Source of the DNA: Alphaproteobacteria bacterium
GTDB lineage: Bacteria > Pseudomonadota > Alphaproteobacteria > JABAAW01 > JAHZMA01
NCBI GenBank assembly: GCA_965205905.1
Contig: CBDBHZ010000012.1
Coordinates: 79,528-143,527 of the forward strand
DNA: 64,000 nucleotides
Direction: 5' to 3'
Shown here in pieces: positions 28,901 through 40,900 of the stretch. Both the position numbers and the translations under genes were made by a program. Below the pieces are notes generated by a model, which was not told the origin of the DNA, did not search any database, and worked only from the letters and a program-made list of their open reading frames with translations. Positions within the stretch are counted from its first letter, which is position 1; every line of letters begins with the position of its first letter.

Positions 28901-31771
28901 TAACATAGCCACGCTCTGTGCCGAACCAACCGACATAACCGCCATTTAGGCTTGATAGGCTGAATGTTCCGCCCAATTCGTTGGTTAAACCGCCATAGAA
29001 ACGGGCAGAAGCCGTGCCTGTAAGTTCACTATCACCTATAATGGTAAAAGAATTATCAGAGCCTTGAGTGATAACATCAGCGAAATTGAGCGCGTTTGTG
29101 CCTGCGGTGTAAGTTGCATCACCCTTGAAATTAAGGTGATTGCGTTTTTCGGCACTTGCGTTACAACCTGCAGAAGAGGTGCAAGTGCCACTGCTTTCTA
29201 GCATAACCACGCGTGTGCCAAAATTAACATCTGCTTCAATGTTAAAGGAAATGGGGGTGCTTACCATGCCACCGCCATTGGTATTATAGCTATAAGCGCC
29301 TGCGCCCTTGCCAGTGAATGTGGTTGAACCAGTGCTGAAAAGCGGATTATCGCCATCGGTAGCGGTTTCAAACCCGCCAATGCCGTAGCCGATAGTATCG
29401 CCGACAACCCAATCAATCCGTGCCATATAGGTGGCATCAAAGCCGAACGGAGTTCTATCTAGGTTGAGAGACGCGCCCGAATCAGCCGTGCCATCTTTAT
29501 CAATATCAACAGCCGTGCCAGAAATGGATTTTAAATCAGATGAGGTGCCTAACGTTACCTGATAGATGCTACCGCCAATATAGAGTGTGGGCGCCTTTGA
29601 CGTTTCATTGAACTTATATCAAACGAACCACCACCATAGCGATAGCTAACCGCGCCACCCGTGAAGGTTTCGTTGGTAACAATATTGGCAGTGTTATCGG
29701 TGGTGATTTGCGCCATAGAGGCAACAGGTAGCGCGATAATACGTTGGACGCCGCCATCTACGACAAAGCTTGTTGCGCTATCAAGGCTTTGCACTGGCAC
29801 GTTATCGCTATCAGTTGCCACAGCATCTTTGGCATCAATCACATAGCCACGTTCTGTGCCGAATAAGCCAACATAGCCTATGGTGCTATCTGTTGTGCCG
29901 AAATTGAAAGTGCCGCCGAATTCTTCGGCGTTTGCTCCGTAAAATTTGGCTTGGGCTGTGCCAGAAAGGGAGGCGATATTGTTTGCGGGTGTTTGCGTAT
30001 CAACAAGCCCTGCGGTGGTTACCGCGCCCGTGATGGCGTTTGTGCCTGTATTGTAGCTTAAATTGCCCGTGAAGTTGAGGTCATCACGTTCCGTGTTTAT
30101 GCATTCACCAGAGCATGTGTCAGTGGTTGCGAGTGCAACATTGCGCGCGCCGAAATCAACTGTGGCGGTAATATCAAAGCTAGTGCCAAAAGTTCCAATG
30201 CTATCAGAATAGCGACCCCAACCCTCGCCCTTGAAGATGGTAACGCCAGAGGGGATAAGTGCCGTGCTGGCGGTTTCAAAGCCAGTAACGCCAAAGCCGT
30301 AATTATCGTAATCATAGTCAATATCAGTTGTGCTGGCGGCATTATCGTTATCTAGCACTTTCCATCTTAAACCGAGCATGTAATCAGCCTGAAAGCCGAA
30401 CAGAACGCGTCTATCAAGGCGGGCAGTATTAGGGGCAATGCCATCAGTGCTGGTTACGCTGCCAGCACTGGACGCAGATTGAATGTAATCAGCATCAGTT
30501 TCGGCATTTTTCGTGATTATCTGATAGGTGGTATCAGTAAGATAGAATTTGATGCTAGTAGAAAGAAAGTTTAAGCCATTATAAGCAAATTCTAACGTGC
30601 CAGTGATGTTTTCAGCATTGATATTCATGCCATCAGCAGGACGGGTGATGCCCACCAGTGAATCAATATCAAAGATAACAGTTTTATTAGCACGATTGGC
30701 ATCGTTAAGACTGGTTAATGCCATAAGGTCTTCAGATGGGCGCAATATGCCACGTTGACCGCCATAAAACGCGCCATAATAGTAGTTTGTTGCGCTTGAG
30801 ACGGCGAATGTGCCGCCAAATTCATTGGCACCACCGCCAGCCGCATTGCCATAGAAACGGGCATCAAGACTGCCTGCCATGCCATCTAAATCAGTGAAAC
30901 TGTGGTTGATATTGTTTATAGTGGCATAGTTGATGTTGGTTACGGCGAAATCAAGTTGCGTCAACTGTTCTGTTCCCGCTTTTGTGTTGTTGGCGGTGAT
31001 GTTTACATTGGTATTTGTAAAATCAGCGACGGTGGTAACATCAAATGTAACATCTTTGCCGCCATCAACAGTGCCATAAACACCCGCGCCCGCACCCGTA
31101 AATGTGGTTGTGTTAGAGAGAGGGATATTGCCATCTTCGGTGAGAACACCCGCGATCGCCATGCCGTGAATATTGTTAGATGAGCCTGTTGTTGCGCTAT
31201 CCGTAAATTCGGTTTCGTTAATGTTCCAGTTGATATAGGCGACATAATCAGAGGCAAGCCCGAAAAGAGTGTTTCTAGTAACCGTGCCAGTTAGCGATTC
31301 GCCAGCATCGCCATAATTTATGGTTGCCGAATCAGCGGTAGCGTTAAATGTGATGTTAGCAGTCGCGCCAGTGATTCGCGTTGGGGTGATTTGCTGATCG
31401 ATTTGTAATTTTGATTTATCGTTAATATCCCAAGCCGTGTTGGCAGCCGAATCGGCACGTGTGTAGTCGCCGTTATCGTTCAGGGTAACCGCCAAAGCCG
31501 ATAATGTTATGAGGGTATCGTCAGTAACATCAGCAAGTGTAGGGTATGTGGCGCTATCAAAAACGGTATCGTTCGGGGTTGTGGTTGATACCATATCAAG
31601 CGGGTTGATGGTTGCTGATTCGCTTCCCACGAAGACTGGGTCAGTAGGGGCAGGGGCAGGGTCAGGGTCAGTATTGCTAGCGCCTCCGCCTCCGCCAGAA
31701 CTGCCACCGTTACAAGCGGTGAGGGTGATCAGTGATAAAACTGAGATGGTTGAGATAAGTAAATGACGCAT
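25938..31771 (-). pseudogene. Giant surface lipoprotein 2 (~1940 aa if intact), interrupted by a -1 frameshift near 29555-29620; 1 type-1 + ~5 type-2 lobe modules. It is either a true pseudogene/phase-off allele or an assembly error in repetitive DNA
   Basis: True start ATG at 31771 (MRHLLISTISVLSLITLTAC|NGGSSGGGGGASNTDPDPAPAPTDP, RBS AAGGA), 39 codons inside track ORF 29555..31888. Frame A ends ...VSYRYGGGSFDISSMKRQRRPHSILAVASIR* at 29555. The conserved sequence continues in the -1 frame (YKFNETSKAPTLYIGGSIYQVTLGT...RTPFGFDATYMARIDW), running into track ORF 25938..29426, whose listed 'M' is an internal Met of the conserved FGF...YMA.I.W motif. Confidence 0.6.
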
Positions 31772-31807
31772 GATTTCTATCCTTTTAACATAGCGATAGA
31801 TAAAATT

Positions 31808-31836
31808 ACTATAATGTTTTTTTGGTTGGGGTGCAA
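31808..31836 (-). promoter_or_regulatory. Candidate sigma70 promoter of giant gene 2: -35 TTGCAC (31836-31831), 17-nt spacer containing an A7/T7 homopolymer (31817-31823), -10 TATAGT (31813-31808)
   Basis: Read on the minus strand: TTGCACcccaaccaaaaaaacatTATAGT, ~37 nt upstream of the ATG at 31771. Confidence 0.4.
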
Positions 31837-31877
31837 TAGTGGTTATGGAAATTTTGATAATATCAGCGAGATATAAC

Positions 31878-31905
31878 TTGACTATCATTTGATATTGCTT
31901 ATGAT
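31878..31905 (+). promoter_or_regulatory. Candidate sigma70 promoter of giant gene 3: -35 TTGACT (31878-31883), 16-nt spacer, -10 TATGAT (31900-31905)
   Basis: Read directly in the 166-bp divergent intergenic region; the ATG is at 31938. Confidence 0.4.
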
Positions 31906-31937
31906 ACAGGGTGGTTTTGTTATTTGAGGATTAAGTT

Positions 31938-34900
31938 ATGAACAAATATTTTTATATCATCACTTTATTAATGGTTTCTGTTTTTTTGAATGGTTGTAGC
32001 ACAGAACGTGGTGGCAGTGGCATTGTGAGCTCTGGCGTTGTGAGCGATGATGTGTTTATCGCTGATAGCATTAAGAAAGATGAGACTGATGAAGTTTTTG
32101 CAACCGTTACTCCCTATGGTTCGTTGACGGCAGCATCGGCTGATATCGAGAATACGGACGATAAAATATTCACCTTGCAAGGGTTGGCGGTGCAAGGTGG
32201 TGAGGTTACCAATTACACTGCCGGTGGCGATTTTGGGTGGTCGCAAGATGGTGAGACAAGCATCACTGTTGCCACCATCACAGCGCCTGCTGTGAGCCTC
32301 ACTTTTGATGGTAATGGCAAGATGTCGGCAGTAAAAGCTTATTTCGCTGATAAAACCTATGAAGTTTCCGCTAATGGTAATGATTCCGCCATGCAGATTA
32401 GCGCAACAAATATCACCAGTGGTGCACAAACAGATGCCACTATCGCCACACTTACTGTGGATAGAGACGAGGTTTTTGGCTTTGATTCTAACTATATGGC
32501 ATATATTGGCTGGAATCTTGAAAGAACGCAAGGTGATGCTAATCGTTTAGACTCGCTTGGTAGTGGTAAGGATAGGGCTTATAGTATCAATGGTAATATG
32601 ATTGTAGGAATTGAAACCGATGATGTGAGTATTCCTAGAAATGGTGAGGTTAGTTTTATCGGCAAAGGGCGCGGCTATTACAGCCATGTTGATAAAGGAA
32701 TCAGTAGCCATGCCACGATATTTGATGTTACGACTGATGTTGATTTTTCTACTCAAACTATCAATGTTAATAGTGCGAATACAATGCAATGTGGCAATAG
32801 CATTGATGTTAGCAGTTGCAAAACTGCTGTAGGTGCGCTTGAATTTAGCACGCAAGAAACATTTGTTTACATCACTAATAATAAGATTGGTTTTCGTGGC
32901 GATGTTTCGCTGAAATCCGATAGTAGTTTTACAGGCACCATTGATGCGCGTTTTTATGGCAGTCGCGCACAGGAATTAGGCAGCATATTTGCGATGCGTG
33001 ATGAAACAGGTGGCTATTATTATGGCGCATTTGGCGGTGAGCGCGAGGGGGTGGAAGCGCCCAGCGTATTTAATACAGCAATAGGTGATGAGGCATTAAT
33101 TGTTGCCGAAGAAATAAAGATAGATAATAAGATTACAAACAACCTTCCTGTTAATTCGCTGACCGCTGTGGCTGATGCGGGCGATGGCAATGCGTTTACG
33201 ATGCGCGCTTTAACTGTTTATAAAGATGATACCACCGATTACATACGTGCGCCAAATCGGGATTGGGCTAGGGCGGATACAGCGCGTATGGTTGGACTCA
33301 CACAATTAAGTGGCGCTGCGGCGTCTCTCACTTTTGATGCTGCTGGTAAGATATCAGGTGTAACTGCCTATTTGAATAGTAAAACCTATACAGTCAATGT
33401 GATTGATGACACACTTACACCCACTGCCACGATGTTTAGTGCCAGTATTAACGGTGCGGATAAAGATGCACGCACGACTAACATTACTGTTGATAGAGGC
33501 GATAAATTTTTTGGCTTTGATTCTAATTATATGGCGCATATCAGTTGGAATTTGGAAAAAACAGACGATAAGCTTACGACCGATATGTTGGATGTATATG
33601 ATGACATTTATCATATCAGCGGTGCGATGTTGGCAGGGATTGAGACTGATGATGCGGATATTCACTTGTTCGGCAATCAAGTTTCCTTTAATGGTAAAGG
33701 GCGTGGCACTTATGGTGATTTAGATGGAAGCTATGATACTATATTTGATATAACAGCGATTGTTAATTTTAGCGCGCGCAATCTACTGCTTGCTAGCTCT
33801 AATACTTGCAAAGCGACTGACTGCGAGAATGAGGCGATGCGTGACCTTGATTTCAGTATTTCATCAGCGCCGATATTCTATAATAGTAATAATATCAGTG
33901 CTAATATAAATGATGCAGATTTCGGCTCAGTTGCGCTTGATGCGCGTTTTTATGGCGGTGATGCGTGGGAGTTTGGTGGCACATTCGCGATAACATACGC
34001 GACTAATAATAGCTATTATTATGGCGCATTCGGTGCGTTACGTAAAGGTATCACTGCGCCATCGATATTTGATGCCACAATAGACAGTGAGACGGTAAAG
34101 CTACCAGATAATGTTACGGCGCCGTTTATTCCTATTGATATTGCTACCAACAACCCTTATGAATCTCTCACTGCCATTGCAGGCACTGATAAACGCGTGG
34201 TGCTGAATGCTCTATCAGTTTATAAAGATGATACCACTATTTACACACGGGCGCCAAAGCGAGATTGGGCAACAGATGCGGATAAGGTAACAACAACCAG
34301 TATTCTCAGGCTTACTGACTCTGTTGCATCGCTTGTTTTTACTGGCGATAATAAAGGTGAAACGCTTTACGTGAATGATGTTTATACCAATGATAATGCC
34401 ACAATTACTGTTGATAGAAGTAAGGTTTTTGTTTTTGGTTCTAGCTATATGGCTTATATCAGTTGGGGCATAGATAATGAATTTGATAATGATAACACGG
34501 GCTTAACGGGTGAAGTTGTTGATATTAGTGGTAAGATGCTTGCTGGTATTGAGACCAATGATATGAATATCGCCTTAACTGGCGAGGTTTCCTTTAACGG
34601 CAAAGGGCGTGGCACTTATGGTAATGCAGACGAAGAAATCTACGATACTGTGTTTGATGTTAGGGCGGGAGTTGATTTTGTCGCCAAGAATGTTACGATT
34701 TGGAGTGAGAACACATGCAAAGCAGGTGATGATGCAAAATGTGATGTTGGTGGTGCAGATAGGCGTGATTTTCTTGATTTTACATCAGCGATATTAAGTT
34801 ACGCTGATGGGGAAAGCAATGCGGTCAATCATATCAGCGGTGCTGTTCATGCAGATGGCTTGGCGGGCACAATTGATGCGCGTTTTTATGGTGGTGCAAC

Positions 34901-37900
34901 CGAAGAATTTGGTGGCACATTCGCGCTTACCAACCTATCAAACTATTATTATGGGGTGTTTGGTGCGTTGCGTGGTGGCATTGCTGCATCGACAATATTT
35001 GATAACAACATCGTTGATGAGACGGTAACGCTTCCAGCTGATGTTACCATCAGCACCACTCATAACTCCCTTACCGCTGTGGCTAAAGCAAGCGGCACGA
35101 ATAGTCTCACAATGAAAAGTTTAGCGTTTTATCAAAAAGATACCACCGATTACACGCGGGCGGAAGGTCGCGAATGGAGCACAGCAGATGAGCAAAAAAC
35201 AAGCAGCATGGTCAGGTTGCTGGATTCTGCCGCATCACTTAGTTTTGATGGTGGCGATGTTTCAGCTGTAACGGTTTATTTGAGTGGCACGAATCATACT
35301 GCTGACGCAAGCAAAGTGAAGCGCGCGGCTGATTTTTTTGGCTTTGATTCAAACTATATGGCCTATATCAGTTGGGACATAGATAATCATTTTGATGATG
35401 ATAGCGAGGGTTTAGAGGCGAGTGTTGTTGATTCTAACGGTGTGATGCTGGCGGGTATAGAGACTGCTAGCTTGCTAGATATAACCGCTGGCACAGTTGA
35501 CTTTATCGGCAAAGGGCAGGGTTCTTATGGAGATGCGGACACAAGCTATGACACCATCTTTAATGTGATTGCATCAGTTGATTTTGCTGCAAATAATGTA
35601 ACGATTCGCAGTGAAAACACATGCAAGGCAGTTGAAAATGCTGATTGTGGCGAGAGTGGCACTGATAGGGTGAATGGTCTTAATGTCAACACAGTCGCAA
35701 TCGGCTATGCTGCTAATAGTATCAGCATAAGAAACTTAAATGTAAAAGATATGGATGGTGCGCTTGATGCCCGTTTTTATGGTGATGCAACGCGAGAATT
35801 TGGTGGCACATTCGCGTTTGCCAGTAATATAAGCTATTATTATGGCGCGTTCGGTGCGGAACGTGATGGTGTTGCTGCGCCGATTATATTGAATGTTGCG
35901 AATAATGTGTCGGTAACGTTGCCAAATGATGTTAACATCAGCACCACCTATAACTCTCTTGCCGATGTGGCTGATAGCATCTCTCTTGCCGATATTTATT
36001 ATGGCATAGTCACGAAAAGCATCACGATGAACGCGCTATCTGCCTATCACGATGATACCACCCTTTACACGCGTGCAAGCACGGATAAAGTTTGGACTAC
36101 TAAAGCCGATAAAGCGCAAACCATTGATATTAAAAGTTTTCGTGGCGCGGCGGCATCTCTCATTTTTGATAGTGATGGCAATATATCAGGCGTAACGGCC
36201 TATTTGAACGGGCGCACCTATATTTCCGATGTGATTGATGGCACACTTACTGCCACATCATTTGAAGCAAGCATTACTGGTGCAGATAGTGATGCCAGCA
36301 CGGCAACCATCACTGTTGATAGAAGCGCGCTTTTCGGCTTTGCCTCTAACGATATGGTTTATATCAGTTGGAATCTGGAGAAAACTGAAAGCGCACTTGA
36401 TAACACAATAGAAGATAGCATTTCTAGCAATACTGGCGCGATGATAGCTGGCATTAAAACGTATGAGCTCAATAGTGTCAAATTTCTCAAGGATATAACA
36501 TTTTCAGGTAAGGGGCGTGGCACTTATGGCACGGTGGAAAATAATGAGCTCAAGGGTTATAATACCGTTTTTGATGTTATCGTTGATGTTAATTTGGCTA
36601 ATGCTAGAAAAGCAACGATTCGCAGTGAAAAAACATGTGAGGCGGTTGATAATCCCGATTGCGCGGATGGTGGTGCGAATCGGAAGGATTTTCTTAATTT
36701 CAGCACGGGCGAAATCGCTTACACAGGCAACAGCATCAGCGGTGATGTTGCGCTTGGCAGTAGTAATCTATTTAAAGGCACGCTTGATGCCAGATTTTAC
36801 GGCTATGTTAGGCATGAAATTGGTGGCACATTCTCGCTTGCCAATAGTAACAGCTATTATTATGGTGCGTTTGGTTCAAAGCGCGATGCAGTTTATCAAT
36901 TTGATTTGAATGCTAGTCAGGTTGAATTGCCTGTGGGTGTTGTTGCGAAGCAGAATGTCGCTATACCTGATGCTTCTATTTATCATGCGATTAGTGATAA
37001 AAGTGGCACAGAAGATAGGCTGTTTACCATGAAGGCACTCTCTGTTGGTGTATTTGCTTACACTAATTATGCGCGCTCGCCCAACTATGAGGCATGGGAA
37101 ATATCTGATAGAGATAAATATGTACAATTGGCAAGGTTTGAAAATTCTTTTGCATCGCTTACCATTGATGGAAGCGGAAATTTATCGAATATAGAGGCTT
37201 ACACAAAGGCTGGCTTCGCTAATCTTTCTTACACAGGCAGTTCCTCTAGCCTCAATCAAACCACATTAAGCAGTGATATCAATAATTTTAGAGGAAGCTT
37301 TGCATGGTATGAGACTGATAGCACAACAATCAACGTATCGCGTGATACCAGTCTGTTTGGCTTTGAAGCGACTGATATGGTCTATATCAGTTGGAATATC
37401 GTTGAAAAATTAGGTAATTATGAAAAGCGGGATAGGCAACAAAAACGGCATGGCATGATGATTGCGGGCATTGAAAGTGAGCTTGCACAGATTCCCACCA
37501 TAGAATCAGTAACATTTTCAGGCAAAGGGCGCGGTTATTATGCAAATCTTAAAACTGAAACTGGCTTCCATACAATCTTTAATGTAACGGCGCAAGTTAA
37601 TTTTGCTAATAAGAGCCTATTCATTAGCAGTGATGCGCCTCAAAGATGCACGGATGTGGAAGATGCCAGCACTTGCACTGGTTCGGGGCTTAATGGCTTC
37701 AACGCAATTAATATTCAGTTTTTGGCTAATAATATCAGTGGTGATATTGCTATGGCTAGTAGTGGTACTATACCTCGCTTATCAGGCAAGTTTGATGCGC
37801 GGTTCTATGGTGATGCGGCGCATAAATTGGGTGGCACATTTGCCCTAAGTGATAATGATGGTGATAGTGATAATACGCGCTATTATTATGGGGCGTTTGG

Positions 37901-40900
37901 TGCGCAACGGCTAGATGCTATCACGCAATTTAAGTTTGATGAGACATTGGCTGAAGAATCAGGGCCAAAATCAACATTAGCCTATCTTACCGACAATCAA
38001 ACAGAGTATGATTCGCTTCATGCGGTGGCAGTTACTGATGGCAGTAATAGCTTTACCACCAATGGCAGCGCTGTCTATCAAAGCAATCATATTGATTATG
38101 CCAGAATTGCCAATAAGCAATGGGGTGATGCCAGCACTGATACCGACCATAACATTAATCTCGGCAGGCTTAGTGATGTGGGTGCATCGATTAATTTTGA
38201 TGCTAATGGCAATATTTCAGGCTTTGCCACCTATCTATCAATTAATCCCTATATTGCCACCAATATCTATACAATTACGGTGGATAATCCAGTCTCTAAT
38301 ACTGATGTGGTCTCGCAAAATATCACTGCTACTGATACTCCTGATGATGCCATTACGGGCGTGATGAATCTCTATCGCGGGCAAAGCTTTTTCGGCTTTA
38401 ACTCATATTATATGGCTTATATTGATTGGCAGGTTACCAGAGACTTTACCGATTTAGGCACTGGCACCACTGATAAAAGCTATGATTATAGCGGCGCCAT
38501 GCTCACGGGTATAGAAACAGAGGATGTTAGAATTTTCAATTTGACGGAAGGCATATTTGACTTTAAGGGCAAAGGGCGCGGTGTCTATCACAATACGGAT
38601 ACGGGCAAAGGCGGGCAGACAATCTTTGATGTAACCGCCAATGTTGATTTTGCCACTAAAAAACTCACCATCAATAGTTCAAATAGCATTGTCTGTTTAG
38701 ATATTAACAATATCGGCACTTGCACATCTAACCATAATATCGGTGAATTTTCTAACGGAAGCACCCCTATATCTTATATTGGTAATAATATTAACGGAGC
38801 TGTTACTGCCACTATCGGTAATGCTAGCCTATCAGGCACACTTGATGCCCGCTTCTATGGTGTTAGCCCGTATGGTAGTGGCGCGTATGAATTAGGTGGC
38901 ACATTCGCCATGACTGGAGGCGATTATTACTATTATGGCGCATTCGGTGCTGAACGAATCTATACCAGTGTTGAAAATGTTGCTACCACCCATTCTGAAA
39001 CTCCCTCATCCTCTGATTTTAATAAGCATACTCTAACAGGCTTTAATGCTAACAATCTTGCAGGTAAAACAGGTAATGCCCTACCTGCCAATGCGGTGCA
39101 AATAACAGAATATGACAGTGATCAAAAAATCCTCACTGAAAACATCATGGGTGCAGTGGTAGAATTTGATTATGATGGCGATAGTGAATTTAGCAAATTA
39201 ACATTATATTTTGATGATAAAAAATACATAACAGACGGTTATCCAAACACTGATTCTTTATACATTAAGGATGATTCACCCAGTGGTGGTGCCTATTCAA
39301 TATTCTTTAGAAGAGATTATATTTTCGGTTCTACGAAGAATTATATGGCGGGTGTTGCATGGTCTGTTTCAGTAGATGATTATCCTGAATATTATACTGC
39401 AAGTTATGCCGTTACGGGTTTTGAAACTGTTACAATTCCGGGTAGTGATATGATTGTGTTTACAGGCGAAGGGCGCGGATATTATTCAACGAGTCAGGGG
39501 TTGGGTGAGACTAGTAGTTATGTTTTCTTTGATGTAACTGCCAATATTGATTTCAGCAACCGAAAAGTATATCTATTTGCCAGTGATACTTATCATTTTC
39601 CTCAACTTGATTTTACGGGTCAATTAAGCTATCAAGCAGGCACTAATAACATTAGCGGTGCTATTGAAACAATCGGTGATGGTTATACCAACCTAACAGG
39701 CACAGCCGATGCCAAATTTTATGGCACAGGTGCTGATAGTGCCACAGAATTTGGAGGCACATTCAGCCTGTATAACGAGCAATCAGCCTATGTTGGTTAT
39801 TTCGGTGCAAGCAAATTTATTGATAATATCATAACGACAACCATTACCACTCCTGCACTTAATCAACATAATTTAACAGGCTTTTATGATGGCAACCGCA
39901 CAAGTAAAACCAATAATGCCCTTAAAGCAAGCACTGTGCAGATAACCAAACAGAAAAGCGGTGATGAAGAAATCACCAACGATAGAATCACGGGTGCTGT
40001 GTTTGAATTTGATTATGATGCTGATGGTGATTTTGTGGGTATTCACCATTATTTAGCTGATAAAAAATATAGCAGGACTTCTTCTAATGGCGGTGAAACT
40101 CGTCTTGAATGGGGAACGGTTACGACAAGTAATGGTGACAAACTTAATAATTTTGCGTTCAACACAGAAGGGAGATATATGGCAAGGGTTAAATGGAGAT
40201 TGCTTGAAGAGGAATATACCTATAGAACTTATGCTTATGGTTTCACTGGTTATGAAACCAACTCTATCCCTACCACTGGTGCTGTTAGATTTGCTGGCGA
40301 AGGGCAAGGACAGTATTATTCTACTGACGATTATCCTGATGAGATTTACTTTGATGTAATCGCCAATGTTGATTTTAGCAACCATAATATAACTTTATTA
40401 GTCGGCGAGCTATTATTCGGCAATGAAATTGATCAGAGTCACCATCTTGATTTTACCGCTAATTTAAGCTATCAAGCAGGCACAAATCTTATTAAAGGTG
40501 CGGGTGTAACCATTGGTGATGAGTACGGTAACAACAAACTAATAGGCACGGTTGAAGCAAAATTTTACGGGCCCAATGCCGTAGAATTTGGCGGCACCTT
40601 TAGCTTAAGCAATGATGATACAGCATATATAGGTTACTTTGGTCTTTCACAAAAATATACTCTCTCTCATCAAACATTGGCAACCACATTTCCCAATGTG
40701 CCAACAGCGCCAGCTACCAGCATAACAGGTTTTGATGATACAAACCGCAACAACACAAGTAACCATACCTTAAACAGCACTGTGGTGCAGATGATAAGCA
40801 ACCCTGCTGATAAAATCACCACTCAAAGTAACATTACTGGTGCGGTGATACAGTTTGACTATGATTCTAATGCTAATTTTAACGGCGTAAGGTTCTATTT

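Noticed and set aside
31772-31888. N-terminal 39 aa (MIVKLYLADIIK...) of track ORF 29555-31888
   Set aside because: This is read-through of the divergent promoter region. A canonical signal peptide with lipobox and a good RBS start at the internal ATG at 31771.
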